Of a stretch of 64,000 nt of DNA, positions 49,083 to 56,885 are shown piece after piece. A model generated the notes under the pieces. It saw only the letters and a list, made by a program, of their open reading frames with translations. It did no database searches and was not told the DNA's origin. Source of the stretch: an uncultured Methanomicrobiales archaeon (GTDB lineage Archaea; Halobacteriota; Methanomicrobia; Methanomicrobiales; JACTUA01); the NCBI GenBank assembly GCA_964551875.1, contig CAZKEV010000002.1, positions 16,047 through 80,046 of the forward strand. The letters are read 5' to 3'. The first letter of the stretch is position 1, and the number at the start of each line of letters is the position of its first letter. The translations under genes and the position numbers were made by a program.

Positions 49083-50105
49083 GTGAGAGCCGAAGCGATT
49101 GTTGAACTGGCGGGGATGATGGGTTCGGACACGAAGGCGCGGAAGACCTATGTCGCCATGCAGTGCCCCTTCGCCCCGTTCTATCACGAGAAGGGGACGG
49201 ACAACACCCCGAGCCTGAACGTGTTCGTGGCGGATGGGGGGCTCTCTGGGTGGAAGTGCTGGTCCTGCAACCAGCACGGGACGCTCTCCGGCATGGTCAT
49301 CCGGTGGGCGATCTTGACGAAAAAGGACGCGGGGCCTCTTCTGGATCTGGTCAACAAGGAGGAGAACTCCGTCGATGCCATTTGCGGCAGGCTGGATCGG
49401 AAGTGGGATGAGAAGTGGGGGGAACGGGACGCTGCTGCCGTCAAGGACAAGGAGTTTGACATCTTCAGCGAGGAGGAGCTGGCTCCGTTCCTGGGGAGGG
49501 TTCCGAAGTACATCGTCGACCGGGGGTACAGCATCGAGACGTGCAAGGCGTGGCAGCTGGGGTACGACAAGGAGTGGAGGGCCGATGGGGTCACGCGCCC
49601 CAGAGTTACGATTCCCATTCGTCGTCGGGACGGGAAACTGGTGGGCCTGACCGGCAGAGCGATCGACGACCTCAAGGAGGGGAAGTATTGGAACTACTGG
49701 AACTTCCCCAAAAGCCGCTACCTGTTCGGGGAGAACATGGTTCTGGCGCGGGAGGCCGCGATCAAGGCGGCGGAAGGGGACAAGTACGAGCCCTTGTCAG
49801 GCCTCTCCATGGTGGAGGGCTACCTCGACGCGATCAAGTGGTGGGAGTACGAGATCCCCACGGTCGCCATCATGGGGTCCGCCCCGAGCAAGGAGCAGTA
49901 CGAGATGCTCAAGGAGTACGGGCGGATCTACATCGCCCTGGACGCGGATGCCGGGGGCGAGTCGGGGGTATCGGACATCCTCAAGACGCTGCGGGATCGC
50001 CTTCCCCTGTTCCGGGTCAGGTTCCCTGGAGGCAAGACCGATCCGAAGCAATGCACGAGGGAGGAGGCGTGGGCGTCGCTCGAAATGGCTAAAAGAATCT
50101 CTTGA
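49083..50105 (+). CDS. dnaG: DnaG-like DNA primase (CHC2 zinc finger + Toprim)
   Basis: CPFAPFYHEKGTDNTPSLNVF...WKCWSCNQHG. Toprim motifs MVEGYLDAI and YIALDADAGGESG. Start is GTG 49083 or TTG 49077. Confidence 0.8.
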   Translation: MRAEAIVELAGMMGSDTKARKTYVAMQCPFAPFYHEKGTDNTPSLNVFVADGGLSGWKCWSCNQHGTLSGMVIRWAILTKKDAGPLLDLVNKEENSVDAICGRLDRKWDEKWGERDAAAVKDKEFDIFSEEELAPFLGRVPKYIVDRGYSIETCKAWQLGYDKEWRADGVTRPRVTIPIRRRDGKLVGLTGRAIDDLKEGKYWNYWNFPKSRYLFGENMVLAREAAIKAAEGDKYEPLSGLSMVEGYLDAIKWWEYEIPTVAIMGSAPSKEQYEMLKEYGRIYIALDADAGGESGVSDILKTLRDRLPLFRVRFPGGKTDPKQCTREEAWASLEMAKRIS

Positions 50106-50122
50106 AAAAACCAGAAAAGCCC

Positions 50123-50150
50123 TTGACAAAATCTATAAACGATTTATAGC
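50123..50150 (+). promoter_or_regulatory. Consensus promoter P7
   Basis: CCCTTGACAAAATCTATAAACGATTTATAGC with a 16-nt spacer. Confidence 0.7.
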
Positions 50151-50260
50151 ATAGAGTAGGAAAACAAGAGGGAAAGGAGGTGCCATGGCGTAAGGCGAAA
50201 AAGAAACCGGGCATGAGAAGTTCTGAAGAAATTCTGAAGGTTTTGTGAAGGGTTGTACCA

Positions 50261-51028
50261 ATGGCAGAGCCAAGCTGGTTTGACACCGGGAAGGGCGCGG
50301 TGGACCGCGCCAATCAGAAGAGCTCCGGGTTCGCGGCCTCTCGCCGGTTCTACATGAAGACGGGTTCCGAGGCGGCGATCATCTTTCTCGACGGGGACAA
50401 CACCGACGCCGAGCCCATCGGGTCCTTCCGGGAGCACGCCTACGTGACGAAGGACGGCAAGTGGCCGAACTTCTGCACCTGCCCCGGCCCCAAGGACTGC
50501 ACCACCTTCTGCAAGGGGGGCATCCGGCCCTACGACGGCTGGCCGTTCACCATCATCCAGGTCAGCCCCGTGTACAAGGACCGGGACGGCAAGGAGCACT
50601 TCAACGAGAGGAAGCTCCTGATCTCCAAGAAGGAGGCCATGCAGAAGATCCTCCGGCACCTGTCCCACCGGAAGGGGCTGGTCGGGACGGTCTGGAACAT
50701 CTTCCGTTCCAGTGATCGCTCCTACACCATCGGGGACGACTGGCAGTTCGACCGGAAGATCGGCGGGGACGTCCAGATGCCCCCGCAGGCGAGGCGCGAG
50801 CTGATTTCCAAGGAGCTCAGCCTTCCCCCGGAGGGGGTCCTGCCTCTCGTCTACCGCGAGATCCTGAAGCCCAAGGACGAGAACGACCTGGTGTTCGAGG
50901 GGGTCGACATCGAGGCCACGAAGAGGAAGAATTCCTGGACGAGCGACCGCAACGGGCAGGGCGGCGGGCAGGCCGCACGCGGCGGCCCCGCGAAGGGATC
51001 CGACGCCGGTGCCGAGGTGAAGTATTAA
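50261..51028 (+). CDS. Hypothetical protein (function unknown)
   Basis: 255 aa. Cys cluster FCTCPGPKDCTTFC and a Gly-rich tail. Preceded by a ~100-nt leader with mini-ORFs. Confidence 0.5.
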   Translation: MAEPSWFDTGKGAVDRANQKSSGFAASRRFYMKTGSEAAIIFLDGDNTDAEPIGSFREHAYVTKDGKWPNFCTCPGPKDCTTFCKGGIRPYDGWPFTIIQVSPVYKDRDGKEHFNERKLLISKKEAMQKILRHLSHRKGLVGTVWNIFRSSDRSYTIGDDWQFDRKIGGDVQMPPQARRELISKELSLPPEGVLPLVYREILKPKDENDLVFEGVDIEATKRKNSWTSDRNGQGGGQAARGGPAKGSDAGAEVKY

Positions 51029-51042
51029 GGAGAAGGTCGGGT

Positions 51043-51076
51043 GGGGAGGGGTCTGGATCGGCCCCTCCCCATTTCT
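51043..51076 (+). other. Stable hairpin between the 50261 gene and the tRNA cluster (processing site or weak terminator)
   Basis: GGGGAGGGG-N10-CCCCTCCCC forms a 9-bp perfect stem, followed by ATTTCT. Confidence 0.4.
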
Positions 51077-51153
51077 GGGCGTGTAGCTCAGCTGGTTAGA
51101 GCGCTTGCCTGATAAGCAAGAGGTCGGCGGTTCGAGTCCGCCTTCGCCCACCA
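51077..51153 (+). tRNA. tRNA-Ile (anticodon GAU), CCA encoded
   Basis: Hand-folded cloverleaf: GGGCGTG/TA/GCTC-AGCTGGTTA-GAGC/G/CTTGC-CTGATAA-GCAAG/AGGTC/GGCGG-TTCGAGT-CCGCC/TTCGCCC/A/CCA. Confidence 0.85.
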
Positions 51154-51285
51154 GGGAGAGGAAGTGGGTGCCCCTGGTGCCTCCACCCCGCATCCCGGCG
51201 ATACGCGATCGACCGTGGGTGAGCAGAAAAATCAGGCGGCGAGGCTGGTAACAGCTCCGTCGAGGGCTTGGGTGGCCTCTCTTTG

Positions 51286-51361
51286 GCGGGAGTAGCTCAG
51301 TTGGTAGAGCGCGATCTTTCCAAGCTCGATGTCGTGGGTTCGACTCCCATCTCCCGTTCCA
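51286..51361 (+). tRNA. tRNA-Gly (anticodon UCC), CCA encoded
   Basis: GCGGGAG/TA/GCTC-AGTTGGTA-GAGC/G/CGATC-TTTCCAA-GCTCG/ATGTC/GTGGG-TTCGACT-CCCAT/CTCCCGT/T/CCA. One mismatch in the anticodon stem. Confidence 0.8.
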
Positions 51362-51425
51362 CTGGGAGGAGATGCTGCCGGGCAACGTGATGGTTCGCCA
51401 TCCCGGCCCGGAGAGCGCCTCCCGC

Positions 51426-51500
51426 GCCACCCTGGCTCAACGGTAGAGCGACGCTTTCGTAAAGCGTAGGTTGTCGGTTCGATTCCGGCGGGTGGCTCCA
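51426..51500 (+). tRNA. tRNA-Thr (anticodon CGU), CCA encoded
   Basis: GCCACCC/TG/GCTC-AACGGTA-GAGC/G/ACGCT-TTCGTAA-AGCGT/AGGTT/GTCGG-TTCGATT-CCGGC/GGGTGGC/T/CCA. Confidence 0.85.
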
Positions 51501-51572
51501 GCCGCCTTAGCTCAAAGGCAGAGCGACGGTTTTGTAAACCGTAGGTTGTCGGTTCAAGTCCGACAGGTGGCT
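51501..51572 (+). tRNA. tRNA-Thr (anticodon UGU), no encoded CCA
   Basis: GCCGCCT/TA/GCTC-AAAGGCA-GAGC/G/ACGGT-TTTGTAA-ACCGT/AGGTT/GTCGG-TTCAAGT-CCGAC/AGGTGGC/T. Starts immediately after the previous tRNA's CCA. Confidence 0.85.
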
Positions 51573-51581
51573 TCAAAGTGT

Positions 51582-51657
51582 GGCGGGGTAGTTCAGCTGG
51601 TAGAATGCCGGGCTCATAACCCGGAGATCGCGAGTTCGAGTCTCGCCCCCGCTCCCA
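51582..51657 (+). tRNA. tRNA-Met (anticodon CAU), initiator-like anticodon stem, CCA encoded
   Basis: GGCGGGG/TA/GTTC-AGCTGGTA-GAAT/G/CCGGG-CTCATAA-CCCGG/AGATC/GCGAG-TTCGAGT-CTCGC/CCCCGCT/C/CCA. Three consecutive G:C pairs next to the anticodon loop and a weak 1:72 pair (G:U) resemble initiator tRNA. An elongator or lysidine-modified Ile2 tRNA cannot be excluded. Confidence 0.8.
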
Positions 51658-51658
51658 C

Positions 51659-53827
51659 ATGCCCAAGACTGACAAGAAGATCAAGGCCGAGGCGCGGCTC
51701 TACAACCTGTTCCGGGGGGCTCAGGAGGGCCTTACGGACCAGGAGAAGACGATCCTGTCGACGTTGGAAAGCATCCAGGGGGTGAAGACGGCGGCGGATG
51801 CCCCCAAGGGGAATGGCGTGAAGAGAGCGGACCTCGATGCAGCGGTGGCCGCGCTCAAGGGGACGGATACCTTCGCTCTTGACCTTGAGACCCAGAGCAC
51901 GACGACCGAGCAGGACGACGCGACGAACCCCAGGAAGAACCGGCTCGAAGGGGTGTCTCTCGCGGTGGGGATGAGGCCGAACGAGTCCTGGTGGTTCCCG
52001 TTCATGAACGTGGCCCCCGAGGAAACCTTCTCCCAGGTCCAGGTCTTCCGCGCCCTCGAACCCATCCTCCTCGATCCCACCAAGATCTTCGTCGGGTCTA
52101 ATACCAAGTTTGACCTGGAGTGCTTGCGGGTTCAGGGCATCGAGGTCAAGAACAAGATCGTCGACACGGTCGTTTCCGACTGGCTTCTTGACGAGAACCA
52201 GAAGCGGCACGGCCTGAAGGAGATTGTGGAGAGGGACCTTGGGATCAAGCTGGAGAAGTACGGTTCGGCCAAGGCGGCGCAGGGGGGGATCTCGGACGAA
52301 GGGCGCAAACGGTTTGCGGAATATGCGACCAACGACGCCCGCTACGTCCTCAAGGTGTGGAAGGACCTCCACCTGAAGGAGCTCAGCAAGGATCCCAAGT
52401 GCAAGGACAACCCCAAGATGGTCCCCCGTCTTCTTCGGCTCTTCCACGACGTCGAAATGGAAATCGTTGAGATCCTGGTGGAAGCGGAGTTGACGGGTGT
52501 CCGGATCGACATGGTGTACCTCGACGCCCTGGAAAAGCGCATGACCGATGAGGCAGATCAGGCGAAGCAGGCCGCGATCAAGATCTACGGGCAGGAATTC
52601 GACATCGGGAGCCCCACGGTGGTTTCCGAGATTCTATTCGGCATTCCTTCCGACGAGGCCCTCGCCGAGGTCGTCGCCGACAAGGCAGCCAAGACGGGGA
52701 AGTCGGCAAAGGACATCCTGGTGAAGATGACGGACCGGGGGAACCTTTTCGGAGGCCCCCCGAAGGGTCTTCTTCTTCCCCCGGTCGACATGAAGGGGAT
52801 GCCTCTGTCCCCTGGCAAGAACGGGCTCTACTCGACGGACGACGAGATTCTCGGCAAGTTGAAGGGGGCGCATCCGATCGTCGAGAAGATCCTTGATTAC
52901 CGATGGGCGACCAAGACCATCAACACCTATGTGGATTCGTACAGGGTGCTCATCGAGGATGATGGACGGGTCCATCCCGACTTCAAGCAGGCTGGAACCA
53001 TAGCCTTTAGATTCGCGTGTAAGAAGCCCAATCTCCAGCAGATCCCCAAGGAGAAGGGGCTCGTCAAGCCGATGTTCATTCCTGCCGATGGGCACTCCTT
53101 CGTGTGCGGCGACTTCAACCAGCTCCAGTTTCGTTTGATCGGCCACTTCGCCAAGCGGGTTCTCAAGAAGTCGGTGATCCACGAGGCGTACCTGGCGGGG
53201 AAGGATCTTCACACCAAGACCAAGGATGACATGAAACTCCCTGATCGCACGGCGGCGAAGGTTGTGAATTTCGCTTTTCTCTTCGGGCGCGGGGCGGATT
53301 CCCTTTCCGAGAAGGACAACATCCCCTTCCCCATGGCGAAGGGGTACTACGAGGGGTTTCACAAGAATTATCCCGAGGTCAAGAAGATGGCTACGTGGGC
53401 CAGGCAGTGCATCTGCGATCAGGGGTACATCGAATCCCTGACCGGCAGGCGCAGAAGGTTCATGCAGCACAAGGGGAAGGATCAATTCCTCCGAAGGAAG
53501 AAGGGGGAAAAGGACGACGGCCTGTGGTGGGACGGCTGGAAGGCGTGGAATTCCGTTATCCAGATGGCCGAGTCCGACCTGGTGCGGATTTCCATGAGGA
53601 ACATCTTCAGGGAGATCAAGGAGCGGAGGAAGACCGACCCCCGGTGGAACACGGTCAAGATTTTGATTCAGATCCACGACGAGCTGGTGATCGAGACCCC
53701 GACCGAGATCGTCGAGGAGGTCGCCAAGATGGCAAAGGAGAAGGCGGAGACCGCGCTCACCCTGGAAGTGCCGATTATTTTCGAGATTGGAATCAGTTCC
53801 AAGAACTGGGAAGAAGCCAAGAAATGA
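51659..53827 (+). CDS. polA: Family A DNA polymerase (Pol I-like) with 3'-5' exonuclease domain
   Basis: Exo motifs FALDLETQ, NTKFDLECL and YATNDARY. Polymerase motifs VCGDFNQLQFRL (A), RTAAKVVNFAFLFG (B) and LIQIHDELVIE (C). ATG 51659 lies 2 nt after the tRNA-Met CCA, and codons are GC3-rich from the first codon. Confidence 0.9.
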   Translation: MPKTDKKIKAEARLYNLFRGAQEGLTDQEKTILSTLESIQGVKTAADAPKGNGVKRADLDAAVAALKGTDTFALDLETQSTTTEQDDATNPRKNRLEGVSLAVGMRPNESWWFPFMNVAPEETFSQVQVFRALEPILLDPTKIFVGSNTKFDLECLRVQGIEVKNKIVDTVVSDWLLDENQKRHGLKEIVERDLGIKLEKYGSAKAAQGGISDEGRKRFAEYATNDARYVLKVWKDLHLKELSKDPKCKDNPKMVPRLLRLFHDVEMEIVEILVEAELTGVRIDMVYLDALEKRMTDEADQAKQAAIKIYGQEFDIGSPTVVSEILFGIPSDEALAEVVADKAAKTGKSAKDILVKMTDRGNLFGGPPKGLLLPPVDMKGMPLSPGKNGLYSTDDEILGKLKGAHPIVEKILDYRWATKTINTYVDSYRVLIEDDGRVHPDFKQAGTIAFRFACKKPNLQQIPKEKGLVKPMFIPADGHSFVCGDFNQLQFRLIGHFAKRVLKKSVIHEAYLAGKDLHTKTKDDMKLPDRTAAKVVNFAFLFGRGADSLSEKDNIPFPMAKGYYEGFHKNYPEVKKMATWARQCICDQGYIESLTGRRRRFMQHKGKDQFLRRKKGEKDDGLWWDGWKAWNSVIQMAESDLVRISMRNIFREIKERRKTDPRWNTVKILIQIHDELVIETPTEIVEEVAKMAKEKAETALTLEVPIIFEIGISSKNWEEAKK
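52304..52318. repeat. Palindrome CGCAAA-CGG-TTTGCG (copy 7)
   Basis: Direct reading; inside polA. Confidence 0.9.
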
Positions 53828-54402
53828 GCGAGCCCCAAGTAAACCCGGAACACGACCCGAAGAACCCGGTCCAGGCGGCGGCGAACCTGGGCATGATTCC
53901 CGAGCCTTCCGAGGAGTTCCTCGATGCCTTCCGGGAAGGCAGCTCGGGGATGATTGTCGAGTGCGACTTCTGCGGGCGGGTGTACTTCGCAACGCAGGAC
54001 AGCGGCGACTACGGAGAGGGGGAGCTGGAGAACCTTCGAGCGCAGGCAGAAAAGGAGCCCGACAAGTACATCGAGGTGGACTACTTCACGACCAGAATCA
54101 TCGTCGACGGGAAGGGCTACGCCGAGGATTGCAAGTGCCATAAGATCCGCCGGTACGAGGATTGGATCTGGGCGAATCGCGGGTCGATCATGAAGTACCT
54201 TCGGGCCAGGATCGAGAAGCGATTCAAGGAAGCGGAGGAAGAGATCAAGGCGATGCGGGTTCACATGGCGATCATCAAGGGGGCGGAAGGGGCGGAGGAG
54301 TCGGAGCGCGAGATCCTTCGGAAGCTTCTGAACAAGTACCCAGATGAGAATGGGGTCTACAGCCTTCACGATCATTCCAGCGGGAAAGATGAATTCGGGT
54401 AG
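53824..54402 (+). CDS. Hypothetical protein (Cys/His cluster)
   Basis: ATGA overlap. 192 aa. CDFCGRVYF...DCKCHKIRRY. Confidence 0.5.
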   Translation: MSEPQVNPEHDPKNPVQAAANLGMIPEPSEEFLDAFREGSSGMIVECDFCGRVYFATQDSGDYGEGELENLRAQAEKEPDKYIEVDYFTTRIIVDGKGYAEDCKCHKIRRYEDWIWANRGSIMKYLRARIEKRFKEAEEEIKAMRVHMAIIKGAEGAEESEREILRKLLNKYPDENGVYSLHDHSSGKDEFG

Positions 54403-54410
54403 AATCCTCC

Positions 54411-54438
54411 TTGACAAAATCAAGGAAGCACATATACT
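54411..54438 (+). promoter_or_regulatory. Consensus promoter P8
   Basis: CCTTGACAAAATCAAGGAAGCACATATACTATAGG. Confidence 0.8.
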
Positions 54439-54466
54439 ATAGGATAGGCTTTTGGAAGGAGAAGGC

Positions 54467-55906
54467 GTGGAACTGGGATCGATGTTCCGTCTCTCGCTGT
54501 CCGACTTGGAACCGGCCCTGCTGAGGGGGATCAAGAAGGACCTGACCGTCCGCCAGCGGGGAGGGGAGAAGTACGGGTTCGGGAAGGGGCAAACGGTCAC
54601 TCTCTTTCACGAGCACGACGGGATGATCGAGATCCCCCGTTGGTACGCCCTCCGGGAGATTTCGCCCAGAGGCTTCGAGGACACGACCTCGGAAGGTCAA
54701 CCTGCTCTGTTCGATTTCATCCGGCCTTTGCGCCCCAACCAGGAGCCCGTCATCAGGGACTTCTTTTCCAAGATCGGGAAGCGGGGTTCCGAGAACGGAG
54801 GGATCGTCTCCGCGCCGTGCGGATCGGGCAAGACCGTGATGGCGCTCAAGATCCTTTCGGAGATGAAGCGGACGGCCATCGTTCTCGTCCATGCCGAGTT
54901 CCTGGTGAAGCAGTGGAAGGAAGCCATTCTGGGCAGCACCGGCGTTACCCCTCCCCTCCTTCCGTTCACGAATCTCAAGCCGGAGGATGTGGGGATCATC
55001 CAGCAGGACGACTGCGAGTGGCAGGGGAAGAAGATCGTCCTGGCGATGGTGGAGACGCTGATCAACCGGGAGTACGCCCCCGACTTCTACCGCTACTTCG
55101 GGGTTGCCGTCCTCGACGAGGTCCACCGGCATTCTGCGGCCAAGTGGCATCAGGCTATGACGAAGTTCCCCGCCAAGTTCAGGGTGGGGCTCTCTGCAAC
55201 TCCTTCTCGAAGCGACGGGCTTTGGAACGTGGTCAGGTATCACGTCGGGAACGTCATCGCGCAGGGGGACGAGTCGGAGAAGGCCACGGTTTGGGTGGTC
55301 CCCACGGGGGTTCATGTCCACGATGAGTTCTACAAGAAAACCGATGCGAACGGGGAGGAGACGGACAACATCATGCTGGCCCGTCTTCTCAAGGTGCTGT
55401 GCAAGAGCGACTTCCGAAACCGCTTGATCGCGGACGAAGTGTTCAAGGCGGTACAGGCCGGGCGCAGGGTCCTGGTCCTCTCGGACCGGCTGGCTCACCT
55501 TGACGAGATCGAGAATCTCTACAAGGAGCACCTGCCCGCCGAGGAGAGGATGGCGGCGGAGATGGCAGGGGATACAGAGATTCTCAAGATCGGGAGGTAC
55601 GTCGGCGGGATCTCCGGCGAGGAATTGGAAAGGGCCAAGAACTGCGTCCTCCTGTTCGGGACGTATCAGTACGCCAAGGAAGGTCTCGACGATCCGATGC
55701 TGGACACGCTGTTCTTGACGACCCCGAAGGGCGACGTGACCCAAGCGGTGGGCCGCATCCTTCGCGTGGCCGAGGGTAAGAAGCCCCCGCTCGTCGTGGA
55801 CTTCCTGGATGAGAAGACGGATGCCTGCAACGAGTTCTTCGAGAGAAGGATGCGGCGGTATTCCTCGAAGAATTACGACGTGAAAAAAATCGAGAAAAGG
55901 GCTTGA
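54467..55906 (+). CDS. Superfamily 2 DNA helicase (DEAH box, type III restriction res-subunit / XPB-like)
   Basis: IVSAPCGSGKTVMAL (motif I), AVLDEVHRH (II), GLSATPSR (III), LVLSDRLAHLDEI and QAVGRILR (VI). Start is GTG 54467 after GGAAGGAGAAGG; ATG 54482 is the alternative. Confidence 0.8.
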   Translation: MELGSMFRLSLSDLEPALLRGIKKDLTVRQRGGEKYGFGKGQTVTLFHEHDGMIEIPRWYALREISPRGFEDTTSEGQPALFDFIRPLRPNQEPVIRDFFSKIGKRGSENGGIVSAPCGSGKTVMALKILSEMKRTAIVLVHAEFLVKQWKEAILGSTGVTPPLLPFTNLKPEDVGIIQQDDCEWQGKKIVLAMVETLINREYAPDFYRYFGVAVLDEVHRHSAAKWHQAMTKFPAKFRVGLSATPSRSDGLWNVVRYHVGNVIAQGDESEKATVWVVPTGVHVHDEFYKKTDANGEETDNIMLARLLKVLCKSDFRNRLIADEVFKAVQAGRRVLVLSDRLAHLDEIENLYKEHLPAEERMAAEMAGDTEILKIGRYVGGISGEELERAKNCVLLFGTYQYAKEGLDDPMLDTLFLTTPKGDVTQAVGRILRVAEGKKPPLVVDFLDEKTDACNEFFERRMRRYSSKNYDVKKIEKRA

Positions 55907-55930
55907 CAAAAGGGCGAAATACAATATAGT
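55903..55930 (+). promoter_or_regulatory. Consensus promoter P9
   Basis: GGCTTGACAAAA..N..TATAGT. The helicase TGA stop (55904-55906) lies inside the -35 hexamer. Confidence 0.75.
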
Positions 55931-55969
55931 GGAAATAGGAATAGACAGCGCAGGGGATGGAGGAAAACG

Positions 55970-56440
55970 ATGGGGGATTCTGAGAACAAGGTCGGGGTGT
56001 ACAACCAGATGTACTACGTCACCCACAAGGAGGATCTCAGCAAGAAGCGGGCGAAGCTCTACGCCGAGAACTTGGATTACCGCAAGAAGGCTCGGGAACG
56101 AGCCATGGCGCGGTATCGCCAGGAGCGGGAGAATCGGCCTGGGAAGGCCGGTCGTGGCTACAACATCCCGAAGGTGGTTCCCATCGACGGGGAGGATGTC
56201 CGCGTCCACTGCGTGAAGGAGTTCGCGGATCAAATCGGGCGCAGGGTTCAGACGATTCGTTCCTGGGAGGCCAAGGGGGTCATCCCTCCTCCTACGGTCG
56301 TGGACGATAGGGGCCGCCGGTGGTACAGCGAGAAGCACATGGCCGCCGTGGAAAAGGCCCAGGACAAATTTATCGAGAAGAACGCCGTGAGCCTTGAGGA
56401 TTTCAAGGCGATGGTGGAGAAGGAGTTCGGAAGGAAGTAA
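55970..56440 (+). CDS. MerR/excisionase-type HTH DNA-binding protein
   Basis: VKEFADQIGRRVQTIRSWEAKGVIPPPTVVDDRGRRWYSEKHM resembles a MerR-family HTH. Confidence 0.55.
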   Translation: MGDSENKVGVYNQMYYVTHKEDLSKKRAKLYAENLDYRKKARERAMARYRQERENRPGKAGRGYNIPKVVPIDGEDVRVHCVKEFADQIGRRVQTIRSWEAKGVIPPPTVVDDRGRRWYSEKHMAAVEKAQDKFIEKNAVSLEDFKAMVEKEFGRK

Positions 56441-56450
56441 GGAGCAGCGC

Positions 56451-56885
56451 ATGGCCGGAAAACCGAATGGGCACGAGAAAAAGGTCGGGGAGATGATGGA
56501 GAAGGCGGGAGGGGCCGGAACCGACAACGGGTTCGTTTGGGTCGTCTCCACGAAGGATCGGCTCCTGGGCGGAGGGGAACGGGAAACCGTTTCCGAGAAG
56601 ACCGACGAGAAGATGATTCGCGTCGGCGTGTTCCAGACGGCCCCGGCTCGGGTGAACATCAACAAGGGGTTGACGCTCAACCTGGGGAACTACGAGAGCG
56701 CCAGGGTTTCGGTGGGCTTCGAGATGCCCTGTTACGTCGAAGAGGTCAAGGAGGTCACCGAGGTCGTGAACCAGATGGTCGAGGACCGTCTCCAGGCCGA
56801 GGTCGTCGAGGTGCGAGGCAAGGACATCAGGCCGGGCTTCGAGGCCAAGCGGCTGGGAGCCCAGGATGCGGGAGGCCCGAAGTGA
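56451..56885 (+). CDS. Hypothetical protein
   Basis: ATG after TAAGGAG. 144 aa. Confidence 0.5.
   Translation: MAGKPNGHEKKVGEMMEKAGGAGTDNGFVWVVSTKDRLLGGGERETVSEKTDEKMIRVGVFQTAPARVNINKGLTLNLGNYESARVSVGFEMPCYVEEVKEVTEVVNQMVEDRLQAEVVEVRGKDIRPGFEAKRLGAQDAGGPK

Noticed and set aside
51154-51425. Spacers between tRNA-Ile/Gly (about 130 nt) and tRNA-Gly/Thr (about 64 nt) considered as additional or degenerate tRNAs.
   Set aside because: End-pairing segments and a UUCG hairpin are present, but no D-arm or 7-nt T-loop cloverleaf can be drawn. They are more likely processing spacers.
51077-51657. Possibility that the tRNA cluster contains a suppressor tRNA indicating stop-codon reassignment, which would have explained the in-frame TGA in the PAAR gene.
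   Set aside because: The hand-folded anticodons are GAU, UCC, CGU, UGU and CAU, all standard sense anticodons. All three stop codons (TGA, TAG and TAA) terminate well-supported genes throughout the window.
51077-51657. tRNA cluster as a prophage attachment site or genome end.
   Set aside because: There is no integrase, excisionase or direct repeat of a tRNA 3' end nearby. Phage replication genes flank the tRNAs on both sides, inside one apparent transcription unit.
13595-56680. Other long minus-strand ORFs: 13595-15898, 16164-17807, 18885-21380, 39140-41428, 44862-47417, 52634-53992, 54437-56680 and others.
   Set aside because: Same reasoning as above. They mirror well-supported + strand genes (NrdJ, PolA, helicase, methyltransferase) and have R/G/P/H-dominated compositions. 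One of them even runs through tRNA genes and terminators. I found no credible minus-strand gene in the window.
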